Of a DNA stretch of 64,000 nucleotides, positions 1 through 13,259 are shown piece after piece. A model generated the notes under the pieces. The model was not told the DNA's origin. It ran no database searches and saw only the letters and a list, made by a program, of their open reading frames with translations. The stretch is from Eledone cirrhosa (taxonomy: Eukaryota): NCBI GenBank assembly GCA_964016885.1, contig CAXHJY010000874.1, positions 1-64,000 on the forward strand, given 5' to 3'. Positions within the stretch are counted from its first letter, which is position 1, and each line of letters opens with the position of its first letter. The position numbers and the translations under genes are program-made.

Positions 1-30
1 TACATACATACACACATATATATATATATA

Positions 31-190
31 CAAAGGAATTGTGGTAAGGAACCATATGGACCATAACGCATCAGAGTACTCAATACTTAGGGTAGTAGAG
101 TGGGTAATAGGAAAAAGTATGACCCCGACGGCAGAGCTCAAGCCGTAGAAACGGCTTGAGCTCTGCCGTCGGGGTCATACCTTTTCCTAT
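31..190. mobile_element. Fold-back PLE pLTR/retrozyme-like element, family A
   Basis: Inverted arms 107-146/151-190 contain GAAAC-GGC..GCC-GTC-GGGG (HHR stem III, cleavage triplet, stem I'). Extra tail 31-106 on one arm only; flanked by (TA)n. Confidence 0.7.
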
Positions 191-196
191 ATATAT

Positions 197-254
<58 letters not shown>

Positions 255-858
255 CATATATATATATATATAAACATACATACATATATACATATATACA
301 AGCTTGCATACACACACATACACATATACATACACGCATACATATATACACATACATACTCACACACATGCATACATATACACACATACATACATATATA
401 TATACACATACATACACACACACATACGTACATACACACATACATACATACATACATACATACATACATACATACACATACATGCATACACACACACATA
501 CATACATACATACATACATACACACATTCATACACATACATGCATACACACACACATACATACATACATGCATGCATACATGCATACATGTTCACACATG
601 TATTCACGTTTGATAGAGTATTTGACATTTACAGTTTGTTATTCGTTCATTCCGTATTTGATTCCATCTTTCATTTCTTCTGTCCCTCAGTAGAAACAAT
701 CTGAACATACACACACACAAACACATATACACACACACACATACGCACACATACACACACATACACACACATACACACACACATACACACACACACATAC
801 ACACACATACACACACATATACACACACACAGACACACAGACACACACACACACATCA
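190..858. repeat. Compound (TA)n/(TACA)n/(CA)n microsatellite
   Basis: Directly visible; explains all ORFs from 80 to 859. Confidence 0.97.
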
Positions 859-910
859 TATATTAGTCCAAAATATTAACAAAAATAGACATTCGTGTGA
901 TCAAGTATAT

Positions 911-971
911 TTTATTATACATATTTCAGAGGTGCTGAACTATCTTCAACAGTACGTCCTCATCAGATAAA
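911..971 (-). ncRNA. Minimal type I hammerhead ribozyme (inverted copy)
   Basis: Reverse complement of 1066-1126. Confidence 0.65.
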
Positions 972-1065
972 ATAAGATGATGCATGACATACCCTGACTT
1001 AGTAGATGGTTAAGATTCAGTCATGGTAGTCCACTACCATGACATGGTAGTCCACTACCATCTTA

Positions 1066-1126
1066 TTTATCTGATGAGGACGTACTGTTGAAGATAGTTC
1101 AGCACCTCTGAAATATGTATAATAAA
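1066..1126 (+). ncRNA. Minimal type I hammerhead ribozyme
   Basis: TTTAT-CTGATGA-[stem II]-GAAA-TATGTA-TA-ATAAA; 5-bp stem I and full catalytic core; stem II pairing imperfect. Confidence 0.7.
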
Positions 1127-1268
1127 ATATACTTGATCACACGAATGTCTATTTTTATTAATATTTTGAATTAATATTAATAACTCCGGAAAACCATATT
1201 ATGTGGAGTGCTTCCAATCTATTGTAAAACTCCTTCTTTGATTTATTCATTGAACCTTGTTTAGCCTT

Positions 1269-1300
<32 letters not shown>

Positions 1301-1435
1301 CTATAAAGTAAAGCATGTCCAGAGAATTATTTGATAATATATATACATCAATTCTTCTCCCGATTAGCATAATTAACCACACAAAATATCAATTAGACCA
1401 GGCTTTAAGATTCAAAGGCACCTATGAAGGAACAC

Positions 1436-1542
<107 letters not shown>

Positions 1543-1573
1543 ACATGAATCAAAGTTCTGTTCAAACCATTTA

Positions 1574-1623
1574 TTAGCTTACAATTGTTTCGTCCAAACC
1601 GAGGTTTGGTGTCTTCGGACCAA
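1574..1623 (-). ncRNA. Hammerhead ribozyme with one core mismatch, in a pLTR-like fragment (~1540-2250)
   Basis: Minus strand: CCGAAGA-ca-CCAAACC-tc-GGTTTGG-ac-GAAA-CAATTG-TA; palindromic stem III, degraded stem I. Confidence 0.55.
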
Positions 1624-2283
1624 TTTTTCAATGATTGTTTACATACATGACCTCCTTTCCAACACAAGAGACATACAGAAACATATGTATATATCGATGC
1701 ACAGTGGGGTGACATCCATTATAATATTTTAGCATGGCAATTTACATTCAAAAATTAAAATCATATTAAAAGAAAATTAAAACAAAATTAAAGTTAAAAT
1801 ACAACATCTGCAGTTTACGAACTTAATGCAAGAGGATAGTTTGAAGTAGTTAGTGTATGCAATAGTTACACGTGGGGCATGCACGTGTGTCTTATTTATA
1901 TAAGATTATTGTGCGGCAAGGTGTTATATGCAATACAAGCACTTTAAGCGGGTAATCAAGAGTATTATGGGGGTTGTATTGGTAAAGTATTTTTTATGTA
2001 TGATAAAGAAGCTTGTGTGCAGAGAAATATTAAAAATGAGAAGCAAAATAATGTTATGGTTTTTGTATACACCACCATTTTCACAATCCATGAAACGTAA
2101 TATATAGATTATATGTCCTTCACATAATTAACGATGATTCAGTATTGGATGTTTGGTGTAAATTCGATGTAAATTCTCACAACAAAAACAACCTGCTCTA
2201 TAAAATTGGATTAAAGAACAACAAGCTGTAATAATCTAACCTAATACACCATACGCGCGGGCACACAAACACACGCACACACG

Positions 2284-2317
<34 letters not shown>

Positions 2318-2318
2318 T

Positions 2319-2411
2319 ATGAAATGATTCAGTGATTCAGGACCCCACCGGCTGAGCTCTAGCCGTCGGGGTCCTGAATCATTTCCTATTACCCACTCTA
2401 CTACCCCAAGT
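2319..2411. mobile_element. Family A fold-back remnant
   Basis: GGACCCC..GCCGTCGGGGTCC hairpin followed by the family A tail (tttcctattacccactctact); cut off by a MITE fragment. Confidence 0.6.
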
Positions 2412-2641
2412 GGCGAAATTTTATTCCTGCGACAATTAATGTTCTTTATATATTTAAAAAAACATTATACATGTAAAGTACATTACCAAAAATCCCATAA
2501 GTTATAAAATATATAGGATGAGTTGGAGTCTCAATATGTAAAATAAACGACTAAATCAACGGAGACAACCTAGGAAAATTACCGATTTTCACACCCCACA
2601 CCCGCTTATCCCCCCCCTTTTTTATTTGGGACTCAAGAGTA
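2412..2641 (-). mobile_element. Partial MITE (same family as 48048-48421)
   Basis: Reverse-complement similarity to 48048-48320; ends ttatttgggactcaagag-TA. Confidence 0.65.
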
Positions 2642-2688
2642 TATATAAACACACACGCATATGTGTGTGTATATATATATATATATAT

Positions 2689-2873
2689 ATAGGAAAATGT
2701 TCAAGACCCCGACGGCAGAGCTCGAGCCGTTTCGACGACTATAATACCCGTCGAAACGGCTCGAGCTCTGCCGTCGGGGTCTTGAACATTTTCCTATTAC
2801 CCACTCTACTAACCCAAGTATAGAGTACTCTGGTGCGTTATGGTCCATTTGGTTCCTTACCACACTTCCTTCG

Positions 2874-2876
<3 letters not shown>
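2689..2876. mobile_element. Fold-back element, family A
   Basis: Perfect arms ~2689-2737/2749-2797 with an HHR 3' half; tail 2798-2875; (TA)n on both sides. Confidence 0.75.
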
Positions 2877-2952
<76 letters not shown>

Positions 2953-3699
2953 CAACATGATTAATGAAAGAGTTACAAGCCGTTAATCTTTATAAACCAA
3001 AAATAAGAAAAAAGTGAAAAACAAGGACAGCTATAAATCAGTTTTATGTTTCTGTTGTTAAATCTTTTCATGGGTTCCGTATATTGGGAGATCTTATCTA
3101 TGGTTGGTTGATCCGTGACAATTCTGGAAGTTTTTTAAAAACCGGTTTTAAAATGTCTTCTTTCTCAATAAAGTACCATCTGGATTATCACCTTCCAATT
3201 CCAGCCTTGTAACTTCAACCACAAACCTGGCTACTGTCATCTGTAATGCAAAGGAACAGAAGGGAACCTATTACCAGGATTCCACCAACCACTTCCTTTT
3301 CGTGTTGGTCACCATCAAAATCTCTAGTGTCCTCCAACCCTGGATTGCCGTTTTTTCTCCACAAAATCAGGAGGAGTGCATGTCACTCGATGAAGGAGCT
3401 CTGTGAGGTGTGAAAGCTGATGGAGTGAGTGTGGCTGGCTGTTCTCCGTGGCAATGCTTTCGCCATTTTGTCCGCGAGCTGCAGCTGAGACACACCATCC
3501 AGCCAAAAGTGTTTAGTTCACTTAATCCCTTCTTCAATCCCCTTTTTTTTTCATTATTTACTTTTTTCTTCCCCTACCCCCAACCCCCTCACACACACAC
3601 TCCCTTCTCTCTTTATGTTTATTATCTTAAACCTGTATTTTTTAATTATTGCTTTAATTAATATATAGCTTCATTTAAATCTTCTCTCACGGTAATTTT

Positions 3700-4060
3700 C
3701 ACAGGCAGTTTCGTCTTTGGAGTAACGTTACTCGACAGAGTGCGTAGCTCGGAGTTCAGAGAGTCACTCCAGGTAGAGCCGCTACTTCTCCGAATTGAGA
3801 GATCACAGCTCCGATATTATGTTAGAATGTTTCAGAAAAGAATCTCTGGACAGATTTTACGGGCAAAACCAACAGATAGGGGACCCAGCGGTAGACCCCG
3901 AGCAAGAGGGTTGGATAACATCCATGAGCTTGGTTGGTCTCACCTGGGGATCCATCCGGATTAGTTGGAGACGGTTGCTTCTGACAGGACCCACTGGAAG
4001 AAGTGTTTGAGGATTCTGCCCACACAACCCACTCAGGAATAAGTGAGCGAAAAAGAAAAC
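3700..4060 (+). mobile_element. RTE-clade LINE 3' fragment
   Basis: Translation VEPLLLRIERSQLRY..GRPRAR..WSHLGI..ASDRTHW resembles the RTE/Expander ORF C-terminus; several copies in the window. Confidence 0.75.
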
Positions 4061-4612
4061 TTGCTTTCCCCCGTCTCCTAAGGATTGCACGGTCTTCCCC
4101 TCTCTCTCCCTCTCTCTATCACACACCCTTCCTTCTTCTCTGCCTACATCTACTACTATTACTGCTGCTACTACTAACAACAACACAGTTATGCTATGAG
4201 TTCATCCTACCCCTTTATCTCTTCATCAAACAAGCTTTACGGTCAAAGGTCAGACAATAGTGGTAATTCTTAAACAATGCATTAAGAACGGCGTTTGTTT
4301 TGTTTTTGTTTTGTTTTCTTTTGTTTTTTACTTTATTTATTTATTTATCTACTATGTTTATTCATTTATTCATTTATTCATCTCTATATTTTGTATTGTC
4401 TGCTATTTGTCCATTTATATTTTCCTGTTGTTACATCTACCAACCGTAAACAAGATTTCTAATACTGGAAAGTATTGAAAAGACTCAACAACAGAAATAT
4501 TTAACTACTTTATAGCTCCCCTTGATTTTACCTTTTTTCGTATTGTCCCTTCTTTTACCACCCCCACCCTCTCTCTCTCTTTCTCTCTCTATATATATAC
4601 ACCTCTCTCCAC

Positions 4613-4689
<77 letters not shown>

Positions 4690-4692
<3 letters not shown>

Positions 4693-5006
4693 AAAAAACA
4701 AGATGGCGTAGGACAGAACAAAGGAGAGGCACAAAACAAAGAGAAGAATCCCCAGTCACTGAAGAGGTCACAGAATGTGTGACGAAAGAACTTTGACAAT
4801 ATATGAACAACCGTCCGGTTGTGGAACCAACCAACCAACCGGAAATTTATAAATTTCTTAAATTTATAAATTTAATTTATAATACATTGGAGTGAAAGCA
4901 ACTGGTGCGTGTGTTTCTTATTGGCAACATGACCCTCCCAAAGTATAACAATATCGGTCTCAACACACGTTTTCAGATAAAGAATCTTGCTAAACAAATT
5001 CAGAAA

Positions 5007-5042
<36 letters not shown>

Positions 5043-5359
5043 TTTCTGAATTTGTTTAGCAAGATTCTTTATCTGAAAACGTGTGTTGAGACCGATATTG
5101 TTATACTTTGGGAGGGTCATGTTGCCAATAAGAAACACACGCACCAGTTGCTTTCACTCCAATGTATTATAAATTAAATTTATAAATTTAAGAAATTTAT
5201 AAATTTCCGGTTGGTTGGTTGGTTCCACAACCGGACGGTTGTTCATATATTGTCAAAGTTCTTTCGTCACACATTATGTGACCTCTTCAGTGACTGGGGA
5301 TTCTTCTCTTTGTTTTGTGCCTCTCCTTTGTTCTGTCCTACGCCATCTTGTTTTTTCTT
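4690..5359. repeat. ~320-bp inverted duplication of a family B HHR element centred on (TA)n
   Basis: Arms 4690-5008/5041-5359 near-identical (one substitution seen, His-Ser vs His-Tyr in the mirrored ORFs). Confidence 0.92.
4755..4797 (+). ncRNA. Minimal hammerhead ribozyme, family B
   Basis: GTCA-CTGAAGA-g-GTCACA-gaatg-TGTGAC-GAAA-GAAC-TT-TGAC; mirror copy at 5252-5294 (-). Confidence 0.7.
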
Positions 5360-5360
5360 T

Positions 5361-5444
<84 letters not shown>

Positions 5445-5446
<2 letters not shown>

Positions 5447-5810
5447 AGTCGTTTGAAAACCCTGCTATCTCGTTTGTCATCACTCACAACCCAGGGAACA
5501 TCAACATTGTGAAAACTGCTAAGTAGTATCTCCCGATTCTACAGCAATCTACCAAAATGAATGCACTCTTAAAAAACACAGATAATTTATAGCAGACGCC
5601 AAGCACCCAACCTTAAAAAACTAATTACCAAGGCAAAATTTACGACCAACATGGAATCAATGCAAGTGACGAAATGCGGGGACCCTAGATGTGGAACCTG
5701 TGAACTCATCGAAGAGGGCAAACAGTTGTCCTTCAAAAACCATGATAATTTCAAGGTCAATGCAAACATGAACTGCAAAACGAAAAACCTAATACCAACA
5801 ACCAACAACT
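5445..5810 (+). pseudogene. Neptune-type PLE fragment (RT-EN linker Zn finger)
   Basis: RQAPNLKKLITKAKF..KCGDPRCGTC..NMNCKTKNLI, with an upstream stop. Confidence 0.75.
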
Positions 5811-5976
5811 TAATTTATAAAATAATTTTTTTTAAGAAAAAATTTTTTCTAATCCGGGAAAAAACTTATTTTTGGATTTTGTGAAGAAAATAAATTTGTT
5901 GAAAGCACAAGTGAAGCCATTTTTTTCTTCCCCTCTGTCTTAATATACCTAACTGTACCAATGATTACACACATTT

Positions 5977-6018
<42 letters not shown>

Positions 6019-6063
6019 GTGTGTGTGAGTGTGTGTGTGTGTGTTATTTTTGTTAATACTTTT

Positions 6064-6129
<66 letters not shown>

Positions 6130-6131
6130 TA

Positions 6132-6825
6132 ATGGTCTTTAAAGCGATGAAATACCAATGAAGGCTGGAAGATCACTGATGAAGGACTACATTTATTCAT
6201 ATGTAACCCATTTGCAACCACGCAGCACGCCATGTTTTCATATTTTTCATATATATTTTCCTCCGCTGTGACCCGTCTGTTTCTTTCTTACTGCTTCCCC
6301 TTTTCTCTGTATCTCTCACTTCCTTTTACCCCCTCACTCTCTCTTTGTTAGCCTCTTCCTCACACTTTCACTCACTCACTCTCTGCTACTCCCTCTCCTA
6401 CTTCCTCCCGTTTGACCTGTGCGAGATTCTTTCCTCACTCACACTTCGACCAGGTCGGATGGTCTTTATTCTCTCTCGTCACAGAACTTATGTTCATCGA
6501 TTTCAGGGACTTGACTCCCTCTTCTTCCCGTTTGACCTAGGCGAAATTCTTTCCTTACTCACATTTCGACCAGGTTTGATGGTCTTTATTCTCTCTCGTC
6601 CACGTTTCACAGAACTTATCTTCATCGATTTCAGGGACTTGACTCCTTCTTCCTCACTTTTCGTTGCATTACCATCTTTGTTTGTTTACTGTCTCGCTCG
6701 TTCCCCCTATTTACGTGTGCCAACGCTTTCTTTAGCCGTTGATCGCACCAACCAGAGGTATATGGTCTTTAAAGCGATGAGATACCAATGAAGGCTGGAA
6801 GATCACTGATGAAGGACTAAATTTA

Positions 6826-6832
<7 letters not shown>
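6132..6832 (+). mobile_element. Non-coding element with ~70-bp terminal direct repeats in (TA)n
   Basis: 6132-6202 matches 6762-6832 (630-bp period), each with CTGATGA; internal ~120-bp tandem duplication near 6400-6650. Confidence 0.6.
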
Positions 6833-6872
<40 letters not shown>

Positions 6873-7319
6873 CTCTTTCTTTTTTTGTTTTTGTTTCTCA
6901 ATTATAAGGAGTATTACATACCCTTCCCACTTTTCCATGACTTACCAGCTCTGTACGGACGTTTAAATTAATTGAATCAGCAAATATCTATCTATGCATG
7001 TTTCTTTCTGAAGCAACACGGAGTAAAAATCGAGTCTGTTTTCATTTCCTGACGAAAAACGAAGAGCACTGGTCGTATGAATGGTCGAACCAGGCACTGG
7101 AATCACCCAGTCTTATAGCTAGAATTTCAATATCATTATTACAGAATTTTATCGACCAGTCAGCAAGCACTGTTGCAAATTATGTCTCTGGTCGATCTCC
7201 CTGTGCATATAGTATTCTTTCGTGTGTGTATGTGTGTGTGAGCAGGTGTGTGTGTGTGTATGTGTGTGTGTGTGTGTGTGTGTGTATTTGAGAGAGAGAG
7301 AGAGTGTGTGTATATATAA

Positions 7320-7371
<52 letters not shown>

Positions 7372-8586
7372 GTGTGTATATTTCTTTAGGTTTGTTGTTT
7401 CACCACTGGATAGAATTGGTCATTCCGTATGGTCAATCTTGGTGTAATATTGTGGAGAGTACTCAATGTAATGCAGCTCACCCGTCTTCGTTTGTGTAGT
7501 TGGTGGTGCGAATACGGAGTTAATTATAAATAAAATAACAGGAGGCTGGACTGGTGTAAATCCTTGAAAGGTTTATTATACTATGATCATTTCAATGACT
7601 GGGTTCCATATGAATCCGGTGATATTCGAAATATAACAAAGGAATATGTAAAAACCATGGGTCCGAAAAATCAGAGACAAAGAGGACCACTGACCAACTA
7701 GCTGCCTTCACCTCGGCCAGTCGCCCACAAAGTGATGGCTACTCGTTCTGCTAATGACCATCTGGTGAGGGGGCGAAGGCTTATAATGTACTACCACCTC
7801 TTCGCCAAAGAATAAAAAAGGAGAAGAAAGAAAGAAAGAAAGAGGAAAAAGAAAGAAGTCAGCGTAAGGGTCACACTACAGTCATGCTAGAAAACGCCGC
7901 GAAAAATGTTATTCCAAAGAATCTATATTTCAACAAAGGCATATATATGGGTGTCTGTATGGTCTAATGTGTGAACAGAAAATTGGAACGTTAAACTTAT
8001 GTTACGCGTTATAGGATGAAATTAAATTAAAAAATAATAAATTGAAAAATAAATAAAAAAAATTAAAACATTATTAAAAAATTGATTTAATGAACTTACA
8101 GAGAGAGTCTTATATGAAAAAGTTAATCTTGATAAGATATCAGGGTGGGATATAGAGTAAAGATTAAAGCCTTCGATTGTGAAACCCAGCCAGCACCTCC
8201 TAACCACGTGTCAGCCAGTTTCGAGTGGTATCGTCCAGCGAAAGAAATGGAAATTCATTTTTCCGAGTACTCTAGGAACGTAGCTACCCGAGGCCTCGGG
8301 TGTGCTAGCGGGAAATCTACAATTTCGACAGGCCATCGTCTATACCAAACGAATACTATTAATTCACACATGAGGGGTTTATTTACGTGCCAGTAGAGGC
8401 ATGATACAGCTAACAGTTATGCCTAAGCCTAGAGTTTATAGGTATAAGTATAATATGGCGGTCAAAACAGGCGGCGCGGCGGGCCCGGGGAAATCAAGCT
8501 GCTCCGAGTAATTTCGTTTACCGAAAGAGGGGAAATTTATTTTTCCAAGCACTCAATGAAGCGCAGCCGGGAAAAGCCACCACATC

Positions 8587-8636
<50 letters not shown>

Positions 8637-8659
8637 CATATAAGTCTGAATAGTTAATC

Positions 8660-8705
8660 TTATTACTCTGGAGTTTCGCCTGTTTATCACAAGATCATCA
8701 GACAA
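8660..8705 (-). ncRNA. Hammerhead ribozyme motif
   Basis: Minus strand: TTGT-CTGATGA-t-CTTGT-gataa-ACAGG-c-GAAA-CTC-ca-GAG-TA-ATAA. Confidence 0.6.
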
Positions 8706-9058
8706 TATATATATAATTTAGGGCTTGTAATGTCAAGTTACTGTTGGTTCACCACATTGAGCACTCGGTGAGTAGTTACGTCCTTTCTAGTATGTACTTT
8801 GGGGTTGTACTAAGCAGTGTAATGTTAACAATTGGTAGGGAGGAGGTGTCAGATTACCATTAAGTTTATTCAGGTGTGATAAGCGTTTCACGATTGATCA
8901 CCGCAAGGTTCGTTATCTATTGATCGGGCTCAACTCTGGAATCAGAAGCTCATCCTTTTAAGTAAGTCAGTGCATTTTTATACCAATTAGAAATAATAGA
9001 GTGTATATTAAACTGGAGTAAGTTAAAGAGAAAAAATACAATCAACACCATTACACGC

Positions 9059-9145
<87 letters not shown>

Positions 9146-9494
9146 AATGTAATCTGAGTTTTTCGAATATTAATAATAATATTCGATTCGTTTGCAAACA
9201 GCCTCTTTAAAGCGATGTCAGTAGAATGACCACATTTCTATACACACTCTGCATGGGGTGATGCAGAATGTATAAAGAGATATGTCAAATCCCGATCACG
9301 GTGCCAAGCGCTTTCGATCAGCGGTCGGGAGTTTACGCCCCCCACCCTCTCTCTCTTTATATATATATATATATATACAGGGTGCGGACGGTATTTGAGG
9401 ACAGGTTTATGGTTTTAAAAAACGCTTATATCATAACAGAAAAAAACTGTATTCTTATAAAAATAACAAAACATAAAGCTAAATTATCAATTTA

Positions 9495-10519
9495 ATAATT
9501 TCATTCAATAAAACCACCATAAGCATCAATAACTGCCTCTACACGAGGTCGAAATCGTTTATAAGCTCGGATTAAGTGGTCCTTGTTCATATCGGACATG
9601 ACTCGAACTATGGCGGCTTTCAAAGAATCTTTGGTACTATGGGGTATTCATTGACATTTTTCTCAATGATGCTCCATACATAGTAGTCCAATGGATGGAC
9701 ATCTGGAGAATTAGGAGGCCAAATGTTGGAAGTGATGTGATCATGCTAATTGTCGACCATCCATTCTTGTGTCATTTGAGCCCTGTGTGATGGTGCAGAA
9801 TCTTGTTGAAAGACATAAGGCCTTCCACTGCACACACTGTTGATTCAAGGCTTAACAACTTTATCCAGAACATTAATATACACAGCAGCATTCACCCTAA
9901 GGCCTTGTGGAAAAAAGTGAGGAGGCATCACATGTCCTTCATGCTAACAACACCGAAAACCATGACACTTGCAGGAAATTTGTACATTTCTCTTGGAACC
10001 TCAGAAGGGTCTGCACATAGCCACCTGTCATTTCTTCTGTTAGTTTTCTGGTCCTGGTCAAAGTTTTTCTCATCTGAGAAAAACTAAATCACACCATCTT
10101 CTGATGGATTTTTAAGTTTGTTCAAAAGTCTTTTGGATCTGATTAAACGGTTTTCTTTTGTTGTTTTTTTCTAACAAGAATTGACCTCTCCTCATCACGT
10201 AAGATTTATATCTGATGTCTTCATGCACAACATTTCTGATTGTTTGTTCTGACAAACTAAAATTTTTTTCAATTGACTTCATTGATTTTCCTCGATTGTC
10301 ATCAATGTTTTGCTTAACTTCCTGAATAAATTCAGGTGTCCTGATAGAATCAGAGCGTTTGGAATGTTTTTTTACGTTTTGATCAGGTAATACGCTTCCA
10401 TCTTTTTCTAACTCACACCGAATCTTGTGGACAAAAGATCTTGCAACTTTCAGAAGACGAGAAATTTCTAAATCACCATGCTTAGCCTTCAAAGCCACAA
10501 TCACAGCATCCATTTTCAT
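9495..10519 (-). pseudogene. DD37D transposase pseudogene
   Basis: HTH ORF 10112-10519; VFQQDSAPSH..WPPNSPDVHPLDYYVW with 37 residues between the 2nd and 3rd Asp; internal stop and frameshifts. Confidence 0.88.
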
Positions 10520-10589
10520 TTCATTAGTAAGTATAGTTATTTTATAGTTATTTTCTGAAATAGAAGCTCAATAAAAATTAGTCAAATAA

Positions 10590-10714
10590 AATAATTGTTT
10601 CTACTTTAGGCACAAGGCCAGCAATTACCCAGTGCATTACTGGTACTTTATTTTATCGACCCCGTAAGGATGAAAGGCAAAGTCAACCTCGGCGGGATTT
10701 GAACTCAGATCGTA
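10590..10714 (-). mobile_element. tRNA-derived SINE (Meta-domain-like) nested in maT
   Basis: Reverse complement of GAGTTCAAATCCCGCCGAGGTTGACTTTGCCTTTCATCCTTACGGGGTCGATAAAATAAAGTACCAGT. Confidence 0.8.
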
Positions 10715-10753
10715 ATGACTAAAAAATGCATGTCCTCAGATACCGTCCGCACC

Positions 10754-11195
<442 letters not shown>

Positions 11196-11399
11196 TAGTC
11201 TGTTTATTTATTTATAAATAAATAAATAAACAGACTAAATAAAGATGGCGTAAGACCTGTACAGCTACTACAGATGCTGCACCACCAGCAGTATAAGCTG
11301 TAAAGCATAGTGTCCAACGCTCTACCGATTCTGCCAATTCACCCACCAACCTATAATAATGATGATGATGATGATGATTATGATGATGATGATACTATC

Positions 11400-11759
11400 G
11401 TATATATAACTAGCTGTATATAATATATACAGATTTCGTTAGGGGAAATCGAAGACTGTCAACATGCAATGGTTTTTGACTCGACAAGTGAATCGTTTAT
11501 TATAGTGTTTCCGTGGTGATTAACCGTGGGTACAATGAAGGTAATTCCAGTGAAGGAAGTATATATAATATAATAGGTAACATGAATATAACAACTTCAC
11601 AGTTAAAGGACTAACACTTATCATATAATTGACACGTGTTTCGCCAGTCTACATGTGAACAAGATCTAGCATTTCTAGATCTTGTTCATATGTAGACTGG
11701 CGAAACGTGTCAATTATACGATAAATGTTAGTCCTTTAACTGCCAAGTTGTTATATTCA
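11400..11759. mobile_element. Fold-back element with HHR 3' half
   Basis: Inverted arms ~11583-11668/11674-11759 containing GAAACGTGTC; left arm extends further. Confidence 0.6.
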
Positions 11760-12004
11760 ATCCCGCCGAGGTTAATTTTGCCTTTCATCCTTACGGGGTC
11801 GATAAAATAAAGTACCAGTAATACACTGGATAATTGCTGGCCTTGTGCCAAAAGTAGAAACAATTATTATTATTTGTTACGTCCCTTTACGTTCTGAGTT
11901 CAAATCCCGCCGAGGTTAACTTTGCCTTTCATCCTTACGGGGTCGATAAAATACAGTACCAGTAACATACTGTGATAATTACTGGCCGTGTGTCAAAAGT
12001 ATAA

Positions 12005-12010
<6 letters not shown>
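11757..12010 (+). mobile_element. Two tandem 5'-truncated Meta-like SINEs
   Basis: Two copies of the SINE core ending gtagaaacaattatt. Confidence 0.8.
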
Positions 12011-12069
<59 letters not shown>

Positions 12070-12076
<7 letters not shown>

Positions 12077-12540
12077 TAATATCTAGTAACATATATATAC
12101 ATACAGATGGATATCAATGCTAGCAAATATATAGGTTTTGTCTTAGTAACTTTGTGGTTCAATGCATGGGGTTGCAGAACAATAATATGAGAGACGTAAA
12201 ATAAGAAAATTATAAAATTAACTTACTTACTAAAATTTCACTCCCAACTAATTAGTTTTTGAAATGGAATAAATATACTTTCCGAAGAAAATATTGAGAA
12301 GCATTTCGTCGTCAGGGAAGACTATTCTCAGCTAAGTATCCAGGCAAGGCGTGGACTCTGGAAACTTATACAAAAATAATTCAGTGGATAGAAAATAGCA
12401 AAGCGTGGACTGACGACGAAATGCTTCTCTATATTTTCTTCGGAAAGTATATTTATTCCATTTCAGAAACTAATTAGTTGGGAGTGAAATTTTAGTAAGT
12501 AAGTTAATTTTATAATTTTCTTATTTTACGTCTCTCATAT
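12070..12540. mobile_element. Fold-back element in (TA)n
   Basis: Arms ~12186-12315/12409-12540 ending inward at CTGACGACGAAATGC; left tail 12070-12185. Confidence 0.65.
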
Positions 12541-12796
12541 ATATATATATATATATATACGGAAAAAATGAAACGGCTGTTACTTAAATATAAGTATGTA
12601 CACGTACATACATATATGTATACAGACGTACAGTAGTATGTATATATATATACATACATGCACACATATATATATGTACGTATGGATTCACTGAACATTT
12701 ATTATAATGCTCGGTGTGTTTATAAACAAACATCCCGTATTAAGCCGTAGTGTCTAGCAACCATCGTTGTTCGTTTGTTCAACACTGACAAAGGAA

Positions 12797-12837
12797 CGCT
12801 GTACTAGTTTCAAGCTTATTAGCTATCGTCAGCAACG
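12797..12837 (-). ncRNA. Minimal hammerhead ribozyme
   Basis: Reverse complement of CGTTG-CTGACGA-t-AGCT-aata-AGCT-t-GAAA-CTAG-TA-CAGCG. Confidence 0.8.
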
Positions 12838-13218
12838 TATACCTTCCTGCCAGATTGTTGAACGTATATACTTACCTTATGCATATTAACGGCTGAGTAG
12901 CCCAATTTGCATATCGAGTGGGTTAATCGGCCGGGTGCACCGAAAGCGATAAACGGAAAAAATGAAACGAAATTTCATTTCCCACTCTTAGTACGGCTGT
13001 TACTTAAATATAAGTATGTACACGTACATACATATATGTATACAGACGTACAGTAGTATGTATATATATATATACATACATGCACACATATATATATGTA
13101 CGTATGGATTCACTGAACATTTATTATAATGCTCGGTGTGTTTGTAAACAAACATCCCGTATTAAGCCGTAGTGTCTAGCAACCATCGTTGCTCGTTTGT
13201 TCAACACTGACAAAGGAA

Positions 13219-13259
13219 CGCTGTACTAGTTTCAAGCTTATTAGCTATCGTCAGCAACG
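13219..13259 (-). ncRNA. Minimal hammerhead ribozyme
   Basis: Identical copy 422 bp from the first. Confidence 0.8.

Larger units (their letters stand above)
859..1272. mobile_element. Fold-back HHR-bearing pLTR-like element
   Basis: Inverted arms ~860-978 and ~1060-1176, right arm with extra tail to ~1270; microsatellite flanks; HHR in each arm. Confidence 0.75.

Noticed and set aside
80-859. YI/CV/HT-rich ORFs here and at 10705-11016, 17488-17865, 37617-38208, 54141-54631, 56015-57111 and 61565-62239
   Set aside because: Translations of dinucleotide microsatellites.
2689-2797. Pre-miRNA or terminator hairpin
   Set aside because: It is a dispersed repeat with variable loops and diverged arms between copies, better explained as an inverted pLTR-like element. 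Small-RNA production cannot be excluded.
4872-5177. Identical 90-aa ORFs on both strands
   Set aside because: A consequence of the palindrome; no protein features.
7570-7700. Further HHR candidates (7580-7595 minus, 14269-14284, 17060-17072, 21315-21345)
   Set aside because: Only a GAAA..UH half or a mismatched core is present, with no supportable stem I.
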